Counted from the first letter of the stretch, positions 26,560 through 33,326 are shown. The stretch: 42,352 bases of DNA from Candidatus Magasanikbacteria bacterium RIFCSPHIGHO2_01_FULL_33_34 (GCA_001782825.1 MFPS01000003.1:1-42352), one strand, 5' to 3'. Numbers and translations: made by a program. The notes: generated by a model not told the origin, from the letters alone.

Positions 26560-26740
26560 TCAATTTGGTAGATTTCGTTCTGCCTTCGCAGTAGTGAAAC
26601 CTCTAAATTGCAAGTGTTCTTTAAAAAGAGAAAGGCAAGCAAATGCGTGGGCATAATTCTGGTTATTTCTAACGAAGTAGCCAAGATCATGCCCACACAT
26701 CGTTTGGCAGCAGAAATCCACTTCAGAGGAGAAAAACAAC
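26560..26740 (+). promoter_or_regulatory. Long (~180 nt) structured 5' leader with a Shine-Dalgarno site
   Basis: Closing helix GATTTC-gtt-CTGCC (26571-26584) with GGCAG-ca-GAAATC (26706-26718). Internal hairpins CTGC-cttc-GCAG (26580-26591) and GTGGGCAT...ATGCCCAC (26646-26653 / 26688-26695). AGGAG at 26727-26731 lies 9 nt before the ATG. Confidence 0.5.
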
Positions 26741-27751
26741 ATGGAATTTAAGGCAACCAACCATCTTCGCGCCGAAGCTGACGAGGGCTGGATCGCCCTG
26801 GTTATGGGCAACTGGTTCCACAACAGCAACCGGTGCGACCTGCCCACCAGAACGCTCCGCATCTACTTCGCGCACTTCGACAACTACGAGCTGCGTGAGG
26901 GTACGACCGATCAGGGACATGTCGTTAACCTCTCCGGCTTCGACGGATCGAGGTATTGTGAGCCGCAGGGCTGGAATCGCTTCAGCAACGCGTACTACAT
27001 CGGCTACCAGGTCCGCGACCTGCAGTCCTTCGTCTGGCGCGCTGAGTACCGCAAGCACCGCTTCGAGATCCGCGCCCAGCGCATCGACAACAACCGCTGG
27101 ACCGTCGAGTACTGCAGCAACTGCGAGAACAGCGAGCACCGCTTCGAGATGGTGGAGTACAGGGATCTGCTGAAGGACTGGTTCCAGATGATCGACCCCG
27201 ACACCTTCGAGATCACGACGGCGACCACGACCATCGCTCTCGCCTCGGCTGCTGGCTCGGCTTCCCAGGTCGTCTGCAAAGGTGCCTCACGGGGCAACCA
27301 CACGCAGATGTACATGAAGCTCATCGCGTTCGCCGAGACCCAAGGCATCACCGACGCGAACAAGTGCTTCGGCGCCAGCGCCGTTCACGGTGAGCCCAAG
27401 CGTGCGGAGCTCCGAAACTGGTGGAAGATGATGTTGGAGCTCCACCGTGAGGAGGACCAGCCGACGTTCCGCGAGGGTTTCGACACCGTGCACGCCTGGG
27501 AGCTGTGCCACATCGACATACTTTTCGCCTGCTACGGCGATCAGCTTCCGAGATACATCCGTCACGGCAGTAACACAGTTCCTCAGGACCAGCTCGTCGA
27601 AGAACTGGTCATCATCGGACGCGCCGTACACAAGGTCCTGGGTCACCAGCCGACCTTCTCCTTCCGCGAGTATCTGTTCGGGCACTTCGAGAAGGATGTA
27701 CAACAGATGTTGTACAAGGTCAGCGAGAAGCTCGGTTGGACGATGGTGTAG
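26741..27751 (+). CDS. Orphan 336-aa protein with alien composition (~60% G+C, G/C-ending codons). Two domains joined by a T/A/S linker; function unknown.
   Basis: A 336-codon open frame is not expected by chance even at this G+C. 41 of the first 50 codons end in G or C, against 8 of the first 30 in dnaK. SD and promoter lie upstream, and a hairpin, ribozyme and terminator downstream. I recognise no family. Confidence 0.75.
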   Translation: MEFKATNHLRAEADEGWIALVMGNWFHNSNRCDLPTRTLRIYFAHFDNYELREGTTDQGHVVNLSGFDGSRYCEPQGWNRFSNAYYIGYQVRDLQSFVWRAEYRKHRFEIRAQRIDNNRWTVEYCSNCENSEHRFEMVEYRDLLKDWFQMIDPDTFEITTATTTIALASAAGSASQVVCKGASRGNHTQMYMKLIAFAETQGITDANKCFGASAVHGEPKRAELRNWWKMMLELHREEDQPTFREGFDTVHAWELCHIDILFACYGDQLPRYIRHGSNTVPQDQLVEELVIIGRAVHKVLGHQPTFSFREYLFGHFEKDVQQMLYKVSEKLGWTMV

Positions 27752-27782
27752 TACCAACTGCCTTTCTTTTTAACATTTAACT

Positions 27783-27815
27783 GGGGCCAGCTCGATGTAC
27801 AATCAAGCTGGCTCC
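27783..27815 (+). other. 3'-UTR stem-loop between the stop codon and the hammerhead
   Basis: GGGGCCAGCT (27783-27792) pairs with AGCTGGCTCC (27806-27815): 10 bp including one G.U, with a 13-nt loop. Confidence 0.6.
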
Positions 27816-27816
27816 A

Positions 27817-27882
27817 AAGGATCTTCCATTGAGAATGGAACTGATGAGTCCAAATGATTGTAATGAACAGGACGAAATTCTT
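27817..27882 (+). ncRNA. Type III hammerhead self-cleaving ribozyme motif
   Basis: AAGGAUC|UUCCAUU-gag-AAUGGAA-CUGAUGA-GUCC-(18-nt loop)-GGAC-GAA-AUUCUU. The full invariant core is present (C3-A9 at 27841-27847, G12A13A14 at 27874-27876, A15.1-U16.1, C17 at 27823, G10.1-C11.1). Stems are I = 7 bp, II = 4 bp, III = 6 bp with one G.U. Confidence 0.8.
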
Positions 27883-27893
27883 ATTAAATAACT

Positions 27894-27915
27894 CCGCCAA
27901 CACAGCGGTTTTTTT
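27894..27915 (+). terminator. Intrinsic terminator of the GC-rich cassette (short stem, strong U-tract)
   Basis: CCGC-caacaca-GCGG followed by seven T residues (27909-27915). Confidence 0.5.
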
Positions 27916-28083
27916 ATTCAAAAAGCGTTTCTGGAGTGTAGCGAAGGAAACATCATATTTCTACTAATCAAAAAAATAAAAAATAAATTTATCCCTTATT
28001 GAAAAAGCTTACCAAAATTTTGCTATTAAAAGAAAAATATTTTTTGAATTGCGTATAACTGTGGATAAAGTGCCTAAAAATGA

Positions 28084-28136
28084 TTGTTTCATAATTAAAA
28101 GTGGTGTATAATGGAAATAGGTGGGGAAAAGTGGGG
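28084..28136 (+). promoter_or_regulatory. mraZ promoter with phased GTGGNG direct repeats (candidate MraZ operator)
   Basis: TTGTTT (28084-28089), 17-nt spacer, TATAAT (28107-28112). GTGGTG at 28101, TGGAA at 28112, GTGGGG at 28121 and GTGGGG at 28131 have a 10-nt period. Confidence 0.55.
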
Positions 28137-28201
28137 AAAATAAAGTTTTCTACTTTATGCTTGTCGGTAGAAATTAAGTAAAAAATAACTATAACCTTGT
28201 T

Positions 28202-28633
28202 ATGTTTATTGGTGAATATTCCCACAATTTAGATGAGAAAGGGCGATTGGCAATACCAAAAAAATTTCGTCTTGATCTTTCTAAAGGTTCGGTTGTGACA
28301 AAAGGCTTGGATAATTGTTTATTTTTGTATACCCAAGAAGAATGGGACAAACTTGCACAAAAGTTGGCCAATTTGCCATTTGCACAATCAAATACTAGAG
28401 CTTTTGCTAGACTGATGTTGGCTGGCGCTATGGATGTTTTGATTGATAAACAAGGGAGAGTAATGTTGCCAGAATATTTGCGTACTTTTGCTGGTCTGAA
28501 GAAAAATGTGGTGGTAGCCGGTCTGTATAATCGTTTGGAATTATGGGATACAGAAAAATGGGAAGAATACAAAAATAAGACAGAAAAAGAAAGTAATGAA
28601 ATTGCTGAACAAATGGCAGATTTAGGAGTATAG
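28202..28633 (+). CDS. mraZ: Transcriptional regulator MraZ
   Basis: MFIGEYSHNLDEKGRLAIPKKFR and a second SpoVT/AbrB-like repeat (DKQGRVMLPEYLR). rsmH follows. Confidence 0.95.
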   Translation: MFIGEYSHNLDEKGRLAIPKKFRLDLSKGSVVTKGLDNCLFLYTQEEWDKLAQKLANLPFAQSNTRAFARLMLAGAMDVLIDKQGRVMLPEYLRTFAGLKKNVVVAGLYNRLELWDTEKWEEYKNKTEKESNEIAEQMADLGV

Positions 28634-28640
28634 ATAGCTT

Positions 28641-29519
28641 ATGAGACATATACCAGTATTAGTGGAGGAAGTAGTTGAATCATTACAGTTAAGATCTGGA
28701 ATGATAATTGTAGATTGTACTTTGGGTGATGGTGGACATTCTGAAAGAATTTTACAGAAAATTCAACCAAATGGAGTGTTGATAGGGATTGACGCTGATA
28801 TTGTTTCATTGGATCGAGCCAAAAAAAATTTGGATAAATATGATAGTAAAAAAATATTTATTAATGAAAATTTTGTAAATTTAGAACAGATTTTACAAAA
28901 AAATAAAATAAATAAGGCTGATGGAATTTTAATGGATTTTGGATGGTCTAGTCCGCAATTTTCCGAAAGAGGCAGAGGATTTTCATTCAATCTGGATGAA
29001 GTACTGGATATGAGATATGACGCCAAAAATGATGGAAAAACTGCCAAAGATATTGTAAATAATTATAGTGAAAAGGATCTAGAAATCTTGTTGAGAAAAT
29101 ATGGAGAGGAAAAAAATAGTAAAAGAATAGCTTTGGAAATAGTTAAAAAAAGAAAAACCAAAGAAATAGTCACTACGAATGATTTGGTAGAAATCGTAAT
29201 GAAAATAAATAAAAAAGGGAAAGCAAAGATTCATCCAGCAACTAGAGTATTTCAAGCGATTAGAATGGAAGTAAATAATGAACTAGAGGTTATAAAAAAA
29301 GTTTTGCCAGATGCGGTTGAGTCATTAAGTGTAGGTGGTAGGTTGGCAATAATTACATTTCATTCTCTAGAAGATTCGATTGTCAAGCACTATTTCAAAA
29401 GTCAAAGTGATAAGTCAATTAAAATAATAAACAAAAAACCAATCACAGGATCTGTTGAGGAATTGCAGAATAATCCTCGATCTAGGTCAGCAAAATTAAG
29501 AGTGGTTGAAAAAATATAA
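28641..29519 (+). CDS. rsmH: 16S rRNA (cytosine1402-N4)-methyltransferase RsmH
   Basis: HIPVLVEEV..., DCTLGDGGHS, DFGWSSPQ and FHSLEDSIVK signatures. Confidence 0.95.
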   Translation: MRHIPVLVEEVVESLQLRSGMIIVDCTLGDGGHSERILQKIQPNGVLIGIDADIVSLDRAKKNLDKYDSKKIFINENFVNLEQILQKNKINKADGILMDFGWSSPQFSERGRGFSFNLDEVLDMRYDAKNDGKTAKDIVNNYSEKDLEILLRKYGEEKNSKRIALEIVKKRKTKEIVTTNDLVEIVMKINKKGKAKIHPATRVFQAIRMEVNNELEVIKKVLPDAVESLSVGGRLAIITFHSLEDSIVKHYFKSQSDKSIKIINKKPITGSVEELQNNPRSRSAKLRVVEKI

Positions 29520-29521
29520 AT

Positions 29522-29857
29522 ATGTACAAAAATATTCAAACTATCAAAGATAAACGTGATTCTATTAAAAATTTATTAAATAATCAATCGTTTAGGGTTG
29601 TTTTGGGTGTGTTTATTTTGACTTTTGCTGTATTGTGTTCATTGAATATGAGCGTAATGTCTACCAAAGGTTATGATATAGCTGATCTTGAGGATAAGAT
29701 TACTGTATTAGAAAGAGAAAACCAAAAAATTGATTTGAAGATTGCCCAGAATCGCTCTATGAATAGCATCCAAGATAGACTGAATGGGACTGATCTTGTT
29801 GTGGCTGATAATGTGAAGTACTCAACTTTGGTGGGTTCTACTGTGGCTAGAAGATAA
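29522..29857 (+). CDS. ftsL: FtsL-like cell-division protein (single TM helix + coiled coil)
   Basis: Position after mraZ-rsmH. Has a TM helix (VVLGVFILTFAVLCSL) followed by a heptad-like segment (ADLEDKITVLERENQKIDLKIAQ). Confidence 0.6.
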   Translation: MYKNIQTIKDKRDSIKNLLNNQSFRVVLGVFILTFAVLCSLNMSVMSTKGYDIADLEDKITVLERENQKIDLKIAQNRSMNSIQDRLNGTDLVVADNVKYSTLVGSTVARR

Positions 29858-29990
29858 AATAATGATGAGTAATGTAAATTAATTTATAAACTATTATTGC
29901 AAGATGAGCAATTCTCCTTAGTAGGAGTTTTTTATTTTTACTAATATATGGTAAAATATTATTGTTGGTAATTGTTATATTATAATAAGT

Positions 29991-30188
29991 GAATAGTGTG
30001 AATTAACTTATAAATCATTCTTTAATAGAATATTAATAATTAGAGATTATCATTCACTCCCTGCCTGCCGGCAGGCAGGATTCTCGCGGTGGCTCCGAGG
30101 TGTTTGCCTGTTGTGGCAAACAAATCCGCTCATAATAATCTCTAATCATTAATTCTATTTTATATTTATAAATTAATTCACACTATTC
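29991..30188 (+). repeat. Interspersed structured element, copy 4 (long form; longest outer stem, ~60 nt per arm, imperfect)
   Basis: GAATAGTGTGAATTAA... (29991-) pairs with ...TTAATTCACACTATTC (-30188). Palindrome at 30060-30079. Core is attctcgcggtggctccgagg + hairpin TGTTTGCC-tgttgt-GGCAAACA + aatccg. Confidence 0.9.
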
Positions 30189-30202
30189 ATTAATAAATTA
30201 TT

Positions 30203-30553
30203 ATGTGGGTACTAATAGTACAGAGGATTGCAATAGATTTTTTGTTGCACATCGTTTATTTTCCAGTTTGGTGGTATACCGGTGGTGTGAAAAAAGCTGG
30301 TTTGTATTGTCTTGATTTGTTATTGGCTGGTAATGAATATTTGGCGCCTGATCTTTGGATTAGAAATATTTTTGTACCTATGTTTGGGCAAACTGATTGG
30401 CAGGGTAGGTTAGTAAGTTTTTTTATTCGGTTTGTTAATATTATTTTTAGAGTGATTGGCTTTATATTGTGGACTGCAGTTGTCATTGTTGTTTTTGCTT
30501 TGTGGCTTGTGTGGCCTATATTTGTGGTTTATTTAATCTTTGCATTATTGTAA
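30203..30553 (+). CDS. Hypothetical membrane protein
   Basis: 116-aa ORF with 3 hydrophobic helices. Ends 3 nt before the Clp-type ATPase gene. Confidence 0.5.
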   Translation: MWVLIVQRIAIDFLLHIVYFPVWWYTGGVKKAGLYCLDLLLAGNEYLAPDLWIRNIFVPMFGQTDWQGRLVSFFIRFVNIIFRVIGFILWTAVVIVVFALWLVWPIFVVYLIFALL

Positions 30554-30556
30554 GTT

Positions 30557-33325
30557 ATGTTATTTGAAAAGAATTACAATCTAAAAATCACCTCATGTAA
30601 CACTTGCAAGAATAGAGGTTCTGTTAATCATCTAAAATGTCCAGAATGTAGGGGTATGAGCATGGGTATATTTGCTCGTGGTAAATTTATTTATTTTAGT
30701 GTTCCTATCACTCGATATAATTTAGGGTTGCGTCAAGCTAAGCGATTGTTAAGAAAATTTGAAATAATGGGTGGAGCTATTTTTAGTATTGGTTTTCTGA
30801 TATTTGCCTTTGTTGATTTTTTTACAAAAGATTCTTTTGAATTATTGTTTGATAAGAATTTTTGGTTGGGAATAACTCAGGTACAATCTTTTGGTATTGT
30901 TTTGATGTTGCTTAGTTTGCTTTCTTTTACATATTTACTTTATTTGTTATTTAGTACTGAAAGTAAATATGCTAGTATAGAAAAAAAAGAACAATATAGT
31001 GATGTAGAAAACAAAGAAACAGAATATAATATTGATGGATTTGAAGATGGTTTTGAGAGTTTTAAAAAAATTCCTAGAAAAAATAAAATTGATATTAGTA
31101 AAACATTTACAGATGAATCAATGTTTGTCATTGAAGAAGGTTATCGTGTTGCGGAGAGGTATCAAAACAAAACAGTAACACCTTTACATTTTTTTTATGC
31201 TTTATTATCACTTGAAAAAATAAAAGGTATATTTTTGAGAATGGGTATACCAGCTAAGCAGTTGCAGGCTCGTATAGGTCAAATATTTGAAAAAGAAAAT
31301 GTCGTCAGTGAGCCAGTATTGTCTATAGATGTAGAACAGATAATATTCAATGCTTATGAGAATGCATATAATAATAATCAGGAATTTGTCAATGTGACAG
31401 AATTAATTATTGCCACGGTTGGTCAGTCAGAGCAAATTCAGGAATTACTTTATGGTTTGAAAGTTGATGCCCAAAAATTAAAAAATGTGGTGGAGTGGGT
31501 TCGGGTTAGGGAAAATTTGAGAAATCAAAATAGAAAGTTCAGAAAAGCGGCTGCTAGAGTAAGTAAACATGGAATTGACAAAGCAATGACGGCTGTAGCT
31601 ACGCCATATTTGAATCATTTTAGTCAGGATTTAACTTTGGCAGCCAAGTTTGGTCATCTAGCACCTTGTATTGCTCGTGATAGTGAGATAGAAGAAGTGT
31701 TGCGGATTATTGAAGGTGGAAGACAGAGTGTTATTTTGGTGGGTGAACATGGGGTTGGAAAAATGTCTATTATGGAAGGTATTACACAGAGAATGATTCG
31801 TGGTAATGTACCAGATAGGTTATATGACAAGAGATTGGTCCAAATCTCTACTTCTGCTTTGGTGGCTGGCGCTTCTATGAGTGGCGCACAAGAGAGAATA
31901 GTCAATATAATGAGTGAGGTCAGAAGGGCTGGTAATATTATATTATTTATTAATAATATTCATGATTTGGTTAGTTTGAATACCGAAGCAGGGCAAGAAG
32001 GATTGGATATATCAGAGACTTTAGGTGAATATTTGTCTTCTGGAGATATAGTGATGTTCTCAACTGCAACTTTGGAAGGTTATAATCGTCATGTAGTGAA
32101 TAGTCAGATTGGAAGTTTGTTATCCAAAGTTGTGATTGAGGAAATGAATGAAGATCAGGCTATTCAAGCTTTGGAATCACATATTGGTGGTATTGAATAC
32201 AAACATAATATATATTTTTCTTATGATGCCTTGAGTACAGCTGTGAAATTGTCAGCAAAGTTAATGCGAGACCAACCTTTGCCTGGTAGTGCTTTGGAGG
32301 TCTGTACTGAGGCAGGAAGTTTTGTAAAAAATAAACGTGAAGATAATCTAATAGTCAGAGCAGAAGATGTGGCTAAAATTGTTAGTAGAAAAACCGGTGT
32401 GCCGACAACCAGTATTACCCAAGATGAGTCTCAAAAATTATTACAATTGGAAGAAGAAATGCACAAGCGTATTATTGGTCAAGAACAGGCTGTAACTTTG
32501 GTTGCTAATGCATTACGCAGAGCTCGTGCAGAAATTCGTTCTCAAAAAAAACCAATTGCCAACTTTTTATTTTTGGGACCGACTGGAGTTGGTAAAACAG
32601 AACTTACAAAAACTATTGCAAATGTATATTTTGGTGGAGAAGATAGGATGATCAGAGTAGATATGAGTGAATTTCAGGATAAATCAAGTATTTATCGATT
32701 GATAGGACAGCCTGGGCAAAAAGGTTCTGGAATACTTACAGAAGCTGTTAGGCAACAGCCATTTTCACTTGTGCTTTTGGATGAAATGGAAAAAGCCGAT
32801 CCAGATGTACTTAATTTATTTTTACAAGTTTTTGATGATGGTCGTTTGACTGATAGTGTTGGTCGTGTGATTGATTTTACTAATACAATTATTATTGCTA
32901 CATCTAATGCAGGTACTGCTTATGTTCAAAAAAGAATGTCTGATGGTGGAGATGTAGAAGAGATAAGACAAGAATTGATACGTGGAGAATTAAAGCAATA
33001 TTATAGACCAGAATTTTTGAATCGTTTTGATGGTATAGTATTGTTTAGGACATTATTGAGAGATGAAATTAAGAAGATTGCTGGACTTATGCTCAAAAGA
33101 GTTGGAAAGGATTTGGAGAGTAGAGGAGTTAGTTTGGTTGTAGAAGATGAGGCATTAGAAACATTGGCAGAAATTGGATTTGATCCAGATTTTGGGGCCA
33201 GACCAATGCGTAGAGCCATTCAAGAACATGTTGAAAATCAATTGGCAGAACTTATACTTTCAAACAAATTACAGAGGAGAGATACTGTAATTTTGGGTGA
33301 AGGTGCCAAGATACGCATAGAATAG
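30557..33325 (+). CDS. Membrane-anchored Clp/Hsp100-family AAA+ ATPase with a degenerate D1 and canonical D2
   Basis: N-terminal CxxC...CxxC zinc ribbon (CNTCKN...CPECRG), then TM helices and a Clp_N-like segment. D1 reads GEHGVGKMS / ILFINNIH (the Walker B DE is replaced by NN). D2 reads GPTGVGKT / LLDEMEKA / ATSNAG / PEFLNRFD. Confidence 0.85.
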   Translation: MLFEKNYNLKITSCNTCKNRGSVNHLKCPECRGMSMGIFARGKFIYFSVPITRYNLGLRQAKRLLRKFEIMGGAIFSIGFLIFAFVDFFTKDSFELLFDKNFWLGITQVQSFGIVLMLLSLLSFTYLLYLLFSTESKYASIEKKEQYSDVENKETEYNIDGFEDGFESFKKIPRKNKIDISKTFTDESMFVIEEGYRVAERYQNKTVTPLHFFYALLSLEKIKGIFLRMGIPAKQLQARIGQIFEKENVVSEPVLSIDVEQIIFNAYENAYNNNQEFVNVTELIIATVGQSEQIQELLYGLKVDAQKLKNVVEWVRVRENLRNQNRKFRKAAARVSKHGIDKAMTAVATPYLNHFSQDLTLAAKFGHLAPCIARDSEIEEVLRIIEGGRQSVILVGEHGVGKMSIMEGITQRMIRGNVPDRLYDKRLVQISTSALVAGASMSGAQERIVNIMSEVRRAGNIILFINNIHDLVSLNTEAGQEGLDISETLGEYLSSGDIVMFSTATLEGYNRHVVNSQIGSLLSKVVIEEMNEDQAIQALESHIGGIEYKHNIYFSYDALSTAVKLSAKLMRDQPLPGSALEVCTEAGSFVKNKREDNLIVRAEDVAKIVSRKTGVPTTSITQDESQKLLQLEEEMHKRIIGQEQAVTLVANALRRARAEIRSQKKPIANFLFLGPTGVGKTELTKTIANVYFGGEDRMIRVDMSEFQDKSSIYRLIGQPGQKGSGILTEAVRQQPFSLVLLDEMEKADPDVLNLFLQVFDDGRLTDSVGRVIDFTNTIIIATSNAGTAYVQKRMSDGGDVEEIRQELIRGELKQYYRPEFLNRFDGIVLFRTLLRDEIKKIAGLMLKRVGKDLESRGVSLVVEDEALETLAEIGFDPDFGARPMRRAIQEHVENQLAELILSNKLQRRDTVILGEGAKIRIE

Positions 33326-33326
33326 T

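Noticed and set aside
26468-26656. 62-aa ORF upstream of the GC-rich gene.
   Set aside because: It starts at a non-ATG codon, has no SD, and runs straight through the TTGACA-N17-TATATT promoter and the leader hairpins. The region is better explained as regulatory and non-coding.
26723-27773. Five additional ORFs of 92-156 aa in other frames and on the opposite strand of the GC-rich region (26723-27139 -, 26895-27173 +, 27004-27363 -, 27287-27757 -, 27447-27773 +).
   Set aside because: Stop codons are A/T-rich, so a ~60% G+C segment stays open in all frames. These ORFs have Ala/Arg/Ser/Thr/Pro-heavy low-complexity translations and no start signals. Only the 26741-27751 frame has an SD site, a strong third-position G/C bias and full length.
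26215-27955. Calling the GC-rich island a mobile element (IS, integron cassette or prophage fragment).
   Set aside because: I can see no transposase, integrase, terminal inverted repeats or attC-like site. Only a weak 9-nt direct repeat brackets it, so it is reported as a compositional island rather than annotated as a mobile element.
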